Assembly (NCBI RefSeq): GCF_003918875.1
Contig: NW_025765636.1
Location: 682,001-746,000, forward strand
Direction: 5' to 3'
Origin: Haliotis rubra
Lineage: Eukaryota
DNA: 64,000 nt
The position numbers were made by a program, and so were the translations under genes. Every line of letters starts with the position of its first letter. Position 1 is the stretch's first letter. The notes under the pieces are model-generated. The model did not search any database. It was not told the origin of the DNA and saw only the letters and a program-made list of their open reading frames with translations. This document shows, piece by piece, positions 36,701 to 49,489 of the stretch.

Positions 36701-37676
36701 TGTGCTACTGGAATGGTAAGTAGAAGACAGGAATCAACCGTTTCGGAAGGCGGCTACCGTCTGAATGTTCTTATCCGTGGCTGTGAACAGTGTGACCTCT
36801 CACACTGACGTAATCGCTGCTGTGTGCACGCAAGCTGTGTTTGACAGCGGATCTGCCGATGCTCTCGCCTTGAATGTCGTAGGGAGCTGGCGAATGACTG
36901 GCCTGACCAAAGCTTCAAGTGGTGCGTCCCTAATATGCAGTGAATGGAGATTTGCTGCCATGTGAGGCGAGATGAACTCTCAGCAGCGCCGCGCTGTTTG
37001 GTCGGACTGTTTACATACAAAAGGCGCTTGTCGAGGAAGCGCTGTAACGCTACACGGACATGGTAATGCTGATATCCATGGCTGATGGGTGTGTTGATAT
37101 CGGAAATATTGCATCACAGACCATATTTCTTATATGGTATCTGGTTATACGGTCATTTTATCATGAACGCACTATCATGTTAAGGGATTTATGGCTCTTG
37201 GGTTGGGGGAGGAATTTGCCCTAAAATCTTGTTTAACTTAAATTGCCACTCTCAAATAGAGCAAACAAGTGAAATGTCGACCCCAAGATTTCATGTACAA
37301 AATCAATGAACCTCCCTTCCTCGCCTCCTTTCTCCATCCAGAAAAAAATGCTTGGACAGTATGTGAAATCAAAAGGCTCTAAATCCACCCGATTGTGCAC
37401 CGTATGCTAGACAGCGAGACCGCTATCACGCGCGACTAACACCCAGTTTATGAAATGAACATTTTTACAGAAACATTGGTTGTACATTTATGTTAATAAA
37501 ATACAGTCAAGATAGTATGTGTAGTCAAGAGACTATCTTGAGAATCTTTGGTAATATAGACTTGCCATACATTTTAAGTTAGCATGGGATGCATTGTGTA
37601 TTTTTTCAGAGTCTGTATGGCAGCAATATTACTAAAAGTACTTTATCACGCCAACTTCACGAGAATTCTGTTTTAA

Positions 37677-37878
37677 CAGAGGCGAATACAGATAAGGACA
37701 AACGTTATGGATGAAGAAATTCTTTCTTCAAGTGATGCAACATTTTGATACAGATTCTTGTATCGTTGTCAAGCAAGTAAAGCAATGATACAAGAATCTG
37801 TATCGAGACTTCGCATCACCTGAATAAAGAAGTTGTTCATCCATAAACTTTGTCCTTATCTGACCATGAAGCCTCTGA
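37677..37878. mobile_element. Degenerate inverted repeat resembling a Penelope-like pseudo-LTR pair
   Basis: About 95-bp imperfect arms; two-arm consensus CTTGACAAC-GATACA(loop)TGTATC-GAAAC-GTTG followed by AATAAA. Confidence 0.5.
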
Positions 37879-38506
37879 AAATGCCACTCAAAGAAGAGCT
37901 GAATACAGTAAAGCAGTGTGCGAAATACCCACTGGCCCGCTAGCCCATGGCTAGTAAATATCCAGTCGGGCCAGTAAATCTCCACAGGCATAACTAGCCC
38001 GACTGGCTAGCAAAATTTGGAGACTATTTCGTTCACCGCAGTAAAGTAGGGTTAAGTGAAGGATGTTAAGAAATTTTTTAAGTTAATGTGTTTGTTTTAT
38101 TTTGAATGGTATGACCTTGACGTGACTAGAATAATATCTTGATATTAAGAACGAAGGACATTTTATGGATGTGTGTGACTGTACATTAGATGATAATTAC
38201 TAACCTCTCTCGAAAATCACATGAACAGGTGAATCAAAGTGTAAACCTAAAATTATCGTTGAAATTAAAAGGGCACTACTTGCTAACCACGTACAGTGGT
38301 TCTAATGGCACTTCAATGAAAATATTTACTGAATATAAATATCTGGGTGCACTTTGTAATAATGCAATAACTGTGTAAATCACGCATCAGCTCAAGGAAG
38401 ATATTACTTAAATACTGTTATGGCTCCGACGGTACTGCTGATGTAGTTGCTGATGTAACAGCAGTCCATGACGCTGATGACAACCGCTGACGTACAGATA
38501 CTGTTA

Positions 38507-38736
38507 GGGCATCATATATTTTTATGTGTTTCACGTAGCCACCAAATTCTGAACATGGGTCGATCGGGGAAAAAAACCCTCATAAAGACAAAATTATCCG
38601 AATAATGTTCTTGCGGTACGTTTTAGGTTCAAGTCGGCGGTGTTGGAATGAAAAAAAAGGTTTTTAGGGGAGGTCGGCAATAAAATTTGAAGGGTTGGTC
38701 TGGCGATGAGAAACACAAAAAATAAAAATGCTGCCC
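38507..38736. mobile_element. MITE with TTA target duplication, Harbinger-like
   Basis: GGGCA(T/G)CAT..TTTT..TGTGTTTC inverted ends. Confidence 0.55.
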
Positions 38737-38837
38737 TTATGTCCACTACAGGTGGTGTTGATATGCAAACCGTTTTGTTTTCAAATTGAGATTACTTTAG
38801 GCAGATAAATAGTGGTGGTCGTGTGCTCGGACCAGGC

Positions 38838-40075
38838 TAGTCTGTCTCACAGTCCCTGAACCACAATAGTGTCCCTACTACTTAGCTCTCCCTACAGATG
38901 TAAAATGCCCTAAATGCAGCAAGTCTGGATTACCCCAGGTTCAATCTCCATCTCACCGGTGCTCCTTTTCAATTTAGATGGGATTATGTGTTACTGTCAA
39001 AATTCCATATATGCAGAGACTAAGTGTTACGCAAGGGTCAGACCAAATTGCTGTAATTAAAGCTGCTAAACTGAGGTTGGATTTGCTGCTAATTCGTAGC
39101 TATTTAACGCCGCCCTCATCTACTGGCTGCTGGTACATTGAATCTCACCTTCGTGTAGTTCGACACTAATGTGTTGCCATCCACAGCAACTGGAGTGCGA
39201 ATGGTGGTATGAATGTACGGAGGCCGAGAAGGGACATCGCTTTGTCGTCTCCAGTAAACTATTACAGCTAATCTGAACATATTTTACAGAAAAGAACTGT
39301 TCATAAAAACATCATAAAATATAATGAAAAGGAACCTAGACACTCTCTTCATTTTCAGAACTGTGGGACTTGCTACATAGTCTAGACTTGCATGGGTTGT
39401 CTTGGTAGACAGTACGTCTCCAGTAGTCTGTCTCACAGTCCCTGAACCACATTATTGTCCCTACTGCCCAACCCTTCCTGCAATGCTAAAGCCCTAAATG
39501 AAGCAAGTCAGATTCCCTCAGGTTCTAATGTCCCATCTGACTGGGGCTCCTTTTCAATTTAAATGTGTTGTTTATTACTATCAAAATTATATATATTAAG
39601 AGACTATATAAGCGTTCGTCTAACACACATGAAGAGGCCCAGGTTCAGAATCCCATGTCTCCCTGGGGCTCCTTTTCAATTTAAATGGGTTTGTTTTGAC
39701 TTTTTCAAATTATTTATGCAGTTAAGACACTGAAAGCACCGCATCATAAATATACCGACATCCCCTTTTTAATAATCGATGGTACGGCCGTGAAGTTTGT
39801 TGTCGGGTGGACTTCGTACCTCTAGTAAACTATTCAATGAAGTAGTACGCGGCCTCTGTGTCCAGTTTTCAGCTGAACTGTCTCACGGTATCTGAACCAC
39901 ATTATTTCCTTTTCTGCTCAGCCTTTCTGCAATGCTGAAACTCTTAATGAAGCAAGTCTACATTTCCCCAGAAAATATCCTGTCGTAATGGAGTTCCTTG
40001 TCAGTTTAAGGAATTATTTGTTTTATGAAAATGATAGATACATGTATTCAGAGACTAATTATAAGCGTTAGTCTA
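38838..40075. mobile_element. Cluster of AcademH-like copies (about 38838-39027, 39424-39622, 39630-39730, 39875-40075)
   Basis: Homology; all in the same orientation. Confidence 0.65.
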
Positions 40076-40339
40076 TGTACTACCGAGTTGATGGGTGACA
40101 GAGAGTTCATGCCAGCAGACATGGGCTATTAAAATCTAGCAAATGAGACCAGCAGGACAATCTGTCAACACATGCAGCTACTGTTGAAATATACAGTGGA
40201 CAGATGCAGGGGCTGTTTCAACTGACAGTATAAATGTGGGTCACGACGGAGGTCAGATAAATTTGTTTGTTTTATGATTTATGAAAATAAGGTAATCGTC
40301 CAGACCAGTCAGGATTGCTGAAGCAGGCATTCCCAGCAT

Positions 40340-40467
40340 TGACCCAATTGCGCAGATCGATGCTCATGCTGTTGATCACTGGATTGTCAGACTCGATTAT
40401 TTACAGACCACCGCCTTATAGCTGGAATATTGGTGAGTGCGGCGTAAAACTAAACTCACTCACTCAC
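40340..40467 (+). mobile_element. SINE family A, 5'-truncated
   Basis: Core, tail and (CACT)n. Confidence 0.8.
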
Positions 40468-40807
40468 TTTGGCGAATTCAGACTGTCAGGACGTGTTGCA
40501 CGACGAATTGCTTCAGAAGTACGTTACGCAAATACTAGCTCGTAAACCAGGATTCTTTTGGATTCCACTGGATACTGGGCAGATATTCATTGGTTGCTAC
40601 TAATGTTCTATCCGGTTCTAGGATTAGGCATACACGTTGACAGAACTAGATATACCCTTATTCATAGTCTGCCATACAGACCCTGAAACAAATAACCCCA
40701 GTGTAGCCCATGACAGTCTAGTATGTGTGACAAGTCTAGATCACCAGTTTTAGGAAAAAGAAGAAAGTCTCTTTGCTACTTTTATTATATTTTATTAATA
40801 TAGAATA

Positions 40808-41076
40808 CACAATGCCATTTTAGAAAGTGATCAAATGTAACATATGTTATATTTGGGATTACACTTTCTTCGTAATGTACAGATTCTAGTACGTTTTTCG
40901 GTAGAGTCCCATCCGGGATTCGAACCTACATCCTCAGAGTCAGGCACCTAATCGCCAGCACACAAAGTCAGACGCCTACACCGCTCAGCCACCGAATCCC
41001 GGATGGGAATCTACCCCAAAAAAGTACTAGAATCTGTACTTTACTAAGAAAGTGTAATCCCAAATATAACATATGT
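40808..41076. mobile_element. Inverted dimer of the tRNA-headed short element (copy 2)
   Basis: Same family as 2719-3027 with different internal truncation points; TTTTATTAATATA duplicated on the flanks. Confidence 0.75.
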
Positions 41077-41404
41077 TTTATTAATATAATTTAAAGACTG
41101 TGCTTCCTGTATAATATGTTCATTTCAGAAACAATATTACTCAACCTCACTCGCACACACAGTTGACGTGAGGATGAACCTTGTTTCGCTTACTATCACA
41201 TTTCAGGTTGTTTTCCGGCTTCGCCGAATGTTCTCATGTTGGCTGGCATCAGACCAAAACAACACTGACATTTGTCCCGGAGATGCCCGGGTCGGTGTGA
41301 CGGAAGGTCACAGATGCAATCACAAGTTACTGGGGTATTATGACACAAGACTTCACAACAAAGCACGGTAAAACTGATACCGCTGACTCACAGTACATGC
41401 TTTA

Positions 41405-41707
41405 CTAGTCCCTGATCCGCATTATTTACCCAACTGCATAAGCCTCCTGCAATGGTAATACCCTAACAGAAGTAAGTCTAATTTCGTAAGGTCTGAAGCA
41501 GCGTCCTTTTTTATCGGGATTATTTGTTATTATCAAAATTCTATATAATATATTATTCAGAGACTAGGCGTTAGTCTACTGACTCACGATACAGCTTCTA
41601 TGCTTTACTAGTCTGTCTCACAGTGCCCGAACCACACTATTTTCCCTTCTGCCTAATATTCCGGCAATGCAAGGAATCCTTTTCAATTCAATTCAAGCGT
41701 TAGTCTA
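41405..41707. mobile_element. Two AcademH-like copies
   Basis: TAGTC...TTAGTCTA termini. Confidence 0.65.
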
Positions 41708-42795
41708 ATGCTTTTATTTTACATACGGGTTTTGAACATGCCCACCAAACGGAGGATAGCCTGGAAACTCGAGCCTGATACAGATCTCTGATTTGTCTGT
41801 GTGGTAGCCTTGCTCCAAGGCTGTACTGAAGGCTAAGCCCATGTATGATTCTATCCATTAAAGAGGCAAGTCTAGATAAGCGGACCTCTAAGGACGCCAG
41901 TATATTAGAGGGATGTTTATAGTTGTTAGAGATTATTATTTAAAACTATTAATTATTACCTTAGAGTCATGTGCAAGTCTAGCTCTGTGGCTGTGTGGCT
42001 GGGTTAGTGTGCCTTGACAAACATTAAGTTCAGGAATAAAGTTATTTCTTTTCGTATTGGCCTACATCACATTTTGCATGGCAGTAAATACGTGAAACCC
42101 ATCTATTTCTCTGCAAATAATTGAGACTGATTATTCTCATCCGCTGACATTCTCTATTCACATGGCTTAATTGGCTGCACCCTTATCCACTCACATCGTC
42201 TCGGAGAAAAACGTCAGGAGTTTTAAATTTCTTCAGAAATTTTAACTTTCTTTTCAAAACACATTTTCCTGAACGTCATTTGAAAAATGTATCTATAGAC
42301 TTCCTTACTCTCTGAAATTCTGTGGAATGAATGGAGTTCCGAAATGAGCACATATTTTCAAAATAACGTACAAAGTGGTGTACCTCTTAAACAGCTCGAA
42401 GTCAAGACTGTCACCGTCATCTCTGGGGGAGGGCCACTATATATGGGGGACGTGGGCCTCTAAATCCGTGACACATGAGTACGTCGCTGTTCGGTGAGGA
42501 ATGTGATGGGGCGATGGGATCGTAAGAATGTAACGTCCTCACAAAATGACAAAGAACCTTATACATTGTTGACCTGTAGTAGAATCACACTTTCTCCACG
42601 CCGTGCTCTGTAACTAAATACACAGGAAGAGGAGTGGAAGTCTTCAGAAGGTATGCTATGTGCGCGAGCTAGATACAGCAGTCTCTCGAACCTCCTCGTT
42701 ATGTTGCTTCTTTGATTTGTCAAATTAAGCCGAAAAATCAAGAAATCACTGTTGGGATTATGCCTAACTGTCTCTTGGTTGCTGTGCAATTATAC

Positions 42796-43105
42796 TAGCC
42801 TGGTTTCCTGTGTATGATACGCTGGCGCGTCACAGACGCCCCAAGGAACCCGGATGTCATCAAGACACACGGGGCACAGCCTGGTTCCCTCGGTCTGTGT
42901 CGGAGTAGCGCAGGCGCAACAGACCCAGGGAACCAGGCTGAACGGGGCAGTCCTCAGACTAACGCTTAGTCTCTGAATGTATATAATTTTGAAAGTAACA
43001 AATAAACCCATTTAAACTGAAAAGGAGAGTGAGATTGGAAATTCAGTACTTGAACCTGAGGCAATCTAGACTTGCTTCATTTACGGCTTTAGCATTGCAG
43101 GGAGG
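42796..43105. mobile_element. Second AcademH-like family (TAGCCTGG...CCAGGCT) next to a first-family fragment
   Basis: TAGCCTGGTT start and terminal palindrome CAGCCTGGTTCCCT...AGGGAACCAGGCTG. Confidence 0.5.
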
Positions 43106-44290
43106 CAGTTTTGTATGATGACGTTATTTGCCTCGCAGAGTTTAGTCCCTCAGAAGAACCGGAAACGTAGAATTGTGGGTACGAGTCCCAGTTTCGCCTT
43201 GATGATATTTCTAGGTTCGTCAGTGCCCTGGTCATAGGTGTCACCAAACTGGTCACTGTTTAAGATCTGTATCATACATAGGCGGATCAAGGAATTTCGG
43301 GGTGAGTGGGTAGCTTAGTGGTTAAAGTGTTGACTCGTCGCCCGGGTTCGATTCCCAACATGGGTACAATGTGTAGCCTACCGGGTGTCCCTCGATGTAA
43401 TATTGATAAAAGCGGCGTAAAACCAAATCCCTCATTCACTACAATATCAAGCCTAGTAAGGTTTCATTAACGTTCGTAATTTTTTGTCAAATACAATTTC
43501 CGTGCATATTTTGCATACTACGTAAGTCTTTATAATTATGTAAACACAGAAAGCATATACTCCGTCGCTCTTATCATGCCGATATGTTCATTTTCATATT
43601 ATTCCAGACAAAAGGGTGGTGGTTTCGATTCCCCGCATCGAAACACATTTCTAGTGTCCCCTGCCGTGATATTGCTGAAATCTTGCTAAAAGCGGTGTAA
43701 AACCATACTCACTCACCCTCAAAAGCGAAATCCATACTCGCTCAATTGTTCAACCACTTAACGCAGAGGAAAAATTAAAGATGAACGGATCATGTTTGAA
43801 TCGTTTATGTCCGTTTCTGAATATATTTCCATTTATCAGGTGTGGTACACATAAATACTCTTATTGTTAGGATGGCCAATACACCAACAGTGTTGGAGAA
43901 ACGATCTGCTGGCCGATGGTGAAATGCAGGTTTTGCTCTCGGTTGAAAAGAGAAAATATAATAGAGTGCATGTTTGTCAGCAAAATATATGTCACAATCC
44001 CCCAAACAGTGTCCTATTTTTCTGACTCCAACGACCCCCACTTTTTTTTATTTCACAAATTGTCATGTAATAGACACACTAACCCACTCGTGCACTTAGA
44101 GCACCAACGTTCACTTGAGACTTACCTCATGATTTTACTCCCACTTCAATTACTGTTTCTCATAAACGCAGCAACCTGGAGTTATACAAAATAGGGGCTT
44201 GTAGATATACAGTAAAAATACACAAATAAAATCGAGAGTCAGGTTTCTATTATGTGTACCTAAACGATCCTGAGTAAGAATATCATATGC

Positions 44291-45720
44291 TTGGCACATA
44301 TTGATAGGGAGACAATACGTGAACGCCTGGCGTATATTGATAGGGAGACAATACGTGAACGCCTGACATATATTGATAGGGAGACAATATGTGAACGCCA
44401 GGCACATTTTGATAGGGAGACAACATGTGAACGCCTGGCATATATTGATAGGGAGACAATACGTGAACGCCAGGCACATATTGATAGGGAGACAATATGT
44501 GAACGCCTGGCATATATTGATAGGGAGACAATACGTGAACGCCTGGCATATCTTGATAGGGAGACCATATGTGAACGCCAGGCATATATTGATAGGGAGA
44601 CAATATGTGAACGCCTGGCATATATTGATAGGGAGACAAAATGGGAACGCCTGGCATATATTGATAGGGAGACAATACGTGAACGCCAGGCACATATTGA
44701 TAGGGAGACAATATGTGAACGCCTGGCACATATTGATAGGGAGACAACATGTGACCGCCAGGCATATATTGATAGGGAGACAACATGTGAACGCCTGGCA
44801 CATATTGATAGGGAGACAACATGTGACCGCCAGGCATATATTGATAGGGAGACAATACGTGAACGCCTGGCACATATTGGTAGGGAGACAATATGTGAAC
44901 GCCTGACATATATTGATAGGGAGACAACATGTGAACGCCTGGCATATATTGATAGGGAGACAATATGTGAACGACAGGCACATATTGATAGGGAGACAAT
45001 ATGTGAATGCCAGGCACATATTGATAGGGAGACAATATGTGAATGACAGGCACATATTGATAGGGAGACAACATGTGAACGACAGGCACATATTGATAGG
45101 GAGACAACATGTGAACGCCTGACATATATTGATAGGGAGACAACATGGGAACGCCTGACATATATTGATAGGGAGACAACATGTGAACGCCTGACATATA
45201 TTGATAGGGAGACAACATGGGAACGCCTGACATATATTGATAGTGAGACAACATGGGAACGCCTGACATATGTTGATAGGGAGACAACATGGTAACGCCT
45301 GACATATATTGATAGGGAGACAACATGGGAACGCCTGACATATATTGATAAGGAGACAATACGTGAAAGCCAGGCATATATTGATAGTCAGACAACATGT
45401 GAACGCCTGACATATATTGATAGGGAGACAACATGGGAACGCCTGACATATATTGATAGGGAGACAACATGGGAACGCCTGACATATATTGATAGGGAGA
45501 CAACATGGGAACGCCTGACATATATTGATAGGGAGACAACATGGGAACGCCTGACATATATTGATAGGGAGACAACATGGGAACGCCTGACATATATTGA
45601 TAGGGAGACAACATGGGAACGCCTGACATATATTGATAGGGAGACAATACGTGAACGCCAGGCATATATTGATAGGGAGACAACATGGAAACCTCTGGCA
45701 TATATTGATAGGGAGACAAC
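44291..45720. repeat. 36-bp minisatellite, about 40 copies
   Basis: Unit ATATTGATAGGGAGACAAYAYGTGAACGCCWGRCAY. Confidence 0.95.
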
Positions 45721-46515
45721 AAAGTGGTTATGACAAAGGTGCGGTTGCCTTGGTAACACAACTGAGACATTATATGTGTTTGAAATCCTAAACTGTGAGA
45801 TAGTCTGATCCACATGCACTTAAATTGCGATTCAGTACAAAGAGCAGTGCATTACATAACGCATTTTTCTCGAATAACGATATTTTTCAGAACTATATTC
45901 TACAGTAGTCTAAAGTACACCTTCAACTAACTGAGGGCCCTGAAAAATTGCGTGACCGGTGTTATAATAACAATGTAGAGAATTTGTCCTTTGTATAATA
46001 AAATTACACCGACCTAATGAAACAACACCGTACGGCAGTTGTTATTCATACTTTGAACACAACAGAGGTCAGCGTGACACTGGCTCAAAAACACGTCATC
46101 AACAATGGATTACGGCACAATCAGTCATCTTCATTAGCGTTTAACTGTATCGTCGACAATAAGGATGGCCATATCGGCACGTTACAAGAACACCTCGCCC
46201 GAGGCTAAAAAGGCGCCAGTCGCATCAGCGTTGCAACCACAAAAGACAGCCCTTGTTCCAAATGCAGAAATATTACTGAAAGACGCGATCTAAGCTCCTA
46301 TCAACGAGGTGAAGCCATATAAAATGCATCCCTTTCATCACTGTAGCGAGGTATCTAATATAAACACTGGAATTCAAGACGTCATAGTAAATATATATAC
46401 ATGATGTGTTTCATGAATAGACGTAATGTATAAAACACATTTCGCGTTAAATAATAACACATTTAATGAAGAGGCAAAACATTCATTGCTCATTGACTGA
46501 CACACAAGTGTTACT

Positions 46516-46820
46516 GACCGCCTCCGTGGTGTAGTGGTTAGAGCCCGACCGCGTCATAGCAAAAGACGTTAAAATATGGTACTTGTTGGTCCCTGCCTGG
46601 CGCTCGGCATTAATGGGTACAACAAGGACTGGTCGGCTCGGAGTCAGTATAATGTATCTGAGGGGGGTATTCATGATTCACTGCGGCATGGTATCTCAGT
46701 TTGCTAGCACTATAAAACCAGCTTAAGTCTGGGCTAGTACAAGCAGCCGCACATACCCATACACACGCATGCACGTCGTCATATGAGCGAAATATTCTCA
46801 AGCACGACGTTAAGCACGAC
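46516..46820 (+). mobile_element. SINE family C with head deletion
   Basis: Homologous to 23218-23577. Confidence 0.85.
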
Positions 46821-47139
46821 TGGTCGTTTTATAAAGCAGTTACGGTGGTTTAAATTGTTTGAGGGGCTCATAAAATCCAAAGACTTGTGCGAAATCTGAA
46901 TTACCTTGAAAGTCCTGATCAATACAAACCCTGCAAAATAGGACTCTTTACCCCGTGCATGTTCATGTAATGTGTTTGATTGTACGTCCCTGTGCCGCTG
47001 CCCGATTCGGTTGCCAACCTTCGATGATTCGTTGTGATTTCCCGTTAAATTGGAACTTTTTATTGCACCTTCGTTCGTGCGTGCATGCTTGTGTGCGTGT
47101 TTGTGTCTGGCTGCTTTTACTAGACCCGTTAATCAGCTG

Positions 47140-47285
47140 AGTGAGTGAGTATGGTTTTGGGCCGCTTTTAGCAATAATCCGGTAATATCACGGACGGGGG
47201 CACCAGAAAGGGGCTTCACACCTTGTACCCATGTAAGGTCTTCGGCGTTACAATCGAACGTTTTAACCACTAGACTAAACCACGT
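47140..47285 (-). mobile_element. SINE family B, degenerate
   Basis: Homology; approximate ends. Confidence 0.7.
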
Positions 47286-47658
47286 CCTCTCTAACCAATG
47301 GAGGTACCACACCGCGCTATAGCGTGGGTGCCCCATTCAGATGCGTTAAACTGTCCCCACGATGTCGGCCCTTGCATTATCCTCTTCATGCCGGCGCACC
47401 TGGCAAGTTACAAAAAGGAAATTACGTATTTTAAAAAAAAGTCTGTCAAAGCACCAATCCACCGACATCCATTGTCAAAGTTAAAGCACAAGGTCCCCGT
47501 ACTTCAACGCTGAAACAGTTTGTTAAAGTTTACATAAGATTTTAACTATAACCATTTCAACAATTAGGCACCTGGAGTCCGAGCGCTCAAACCTAATTAC
47601 ACCATGGCAAAATGCGTGGAAACTCAACATCTCCCATGTTTTGATACCTGTATTTAGA

Positions 47659-47994
47659 GACCGCCTCCGTGGTGTAGTGGTTAGAGCGTCTGCCCGGAGA
47701 GCAGAAGGTCGTGGGTTCGATCCCCGACCGCGTCATACCAAAAGACGTTAAAATATGGTACTTGTTGGTCCCTGCCTGGCGCTCGGCATTAATGGGTACA
47801 TCAAGGACTGGTCGGCTCGGAGTCAGTATAATGTGTCTGAGTGGGGTATTCATGCTTCACTGCGGCATGGTATCTCAGTGGGCTAGCACTATAAAACTAG
47901 CTTAAGTCTGGGCTAGTACAAGCACACGCATGCACGTCGTCATATGAGCGAAATATTCTCAAGCACGACGTTAAACCCAATTTCACCTCACGTC
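47659..47994 (+). mobile_element. SINE family C
   Basis: Homologous to 23218-23577; TSD ACCTGTATTTA. Confidence 0.88.
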
Positions 47995-48459
47995 ACCTGT
48001 ATTTATAAAGTTCCCTCTCTGCTCCACTGAACACTACTTGAGCTGTTCTCACCTGAAAGACGTGCAGTATGTTTCGGTTGTTATAAAATGCACGTTCTGG
48101 CGCATGTCTTATGTTTATATTGGCCCAGTATATCCCCACTTTGACTGGCCAATTCTGATCAAATACAGGTCTGATTATGACAGGAATACTTTTCCCCATG
48201 TATGTTCCTTTTTAACGACAAGCTACCATATGATACAGTTGTTTATTCATCCGAATTTCTTCTATGTCACTTTATCAGATCACTACATTCAACATATTTA
48301 GCCTACAGAGCAGAGTTCGTACGCTGATGGCGATATACTTTTTTCGTCAAATCAGTCGAATCATAAAATTCTGGGATTAGGAAAACCCACAGTTACGTCA
48401 TTGCAAACTTATATTTAACCAACAAAAGGTTATATAAATGTCATGCTGATACAGACTTC

Positions 48460-48625
48460 GAGTGAGTGAGTGAGTATGGTATAACGCCGCTTTTAGCAAT
48501 ATTCCAGCAATATCATAGCGGGGCACACCAGATATGGGCTTTACACACTGTACCCATGTAGGGAATCGAACCCAGATCTTCGGCGTGACGGTAGAGCGTT
48601 TTAACTACTCTCCCACCCCACCGCC
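48460..48625 (-). mobile_element. SINE family B with (CACT)n tail
   Basis: Homology to 20288-20459. Confidence 0.8.
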
Positions 48626-48800
48626 AACATACACTCCTCAGTAAGACCAGATATAACGAGGAGTCTCCACGGGGCGAACCTCATTCCTATCGGTAAAATG
48701 TAACTTTGCCGTCGGTAGCCTAGTGGTTAAAGCGTTCGCTCGTCACGCCGAACATGGCTAGTATTTGTGAAACCTATTTCTGGTGTCCCCCGCAGTCATA

Positions 48801-49011
48801 AACTCACGGGCGAAAGAAACGTCACCTCGCATTTTTAACATGTCACAAAACAACAAACTCAGATTTGGGAAATTTAACAATCATATGTGGAAAATTAATG
48901 GATTTACAACATTCTGAATGATGAAAGTGTGAACTACAGATATGAATAATCGCTAAGTGTACGATAAAAGATTAAAAATCATTTTGGTGACGTTTCTTTC
49001 GCCCGTTAGTA
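48801..49011. mobile_element. Tc1/mariner-like MITE inside a family B SINE (about 48710-49042)
   Basis: TIR ACT(C/A)ACGGGCGAAAGAAACGTCACC; TA on both flanks. Confidence 0.75.
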
Positions 49012-49489
49012 TATTACTGGAATATAGTTAAAAGCGGCGTAAAATTACACTCCTCACTCACTGTAGTTAGTATAAGTGTTGTACCGCTTCACCCATTAGC
49101 ACAGAATCCCGGCATATGGCTGCACAGCCCATTCAGCCTCCTAGAAATAACATATGTAAAGGGAAGCGAAAGCCAGTGCCACCCTGATATTGGTGAGCGT
49201 TAGCAGAATGAACATAATAACACTACTCTTGTGCTTCGAACAGAAAACATTACAATATTATATCAGCTAAGGAATAATTAAAAAATACTGCTTGATACAG
49301 ATAGGTGGGCCTAACCTTTATAAACATATGGGAAAATTAAACCACTGCCACTCAAGTGCAAATATAACCAGATCTAGTCACTACCCAAGTAAGAGAAAAC
49401 CAGATACCTCCCTTTCACCAAGTAAAAGACTAGGACAATTCATTAAAAATGTTAGAATAAATCAGTACAACTCACTACAGAGCTAAGAT

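Noticed and set aside
44291-45720. CRISPR-like array
   Set aside because: Units are contiguous with no unique spacers, there are no cas genes, and the context is eukaryotic.
47993-48052. Possible minus-strand coding exon (VRTAQVVFSGAERELYKY)
   Set aside because: No recognisable homology or partner exons; the donor lies in a SINE target duplication.
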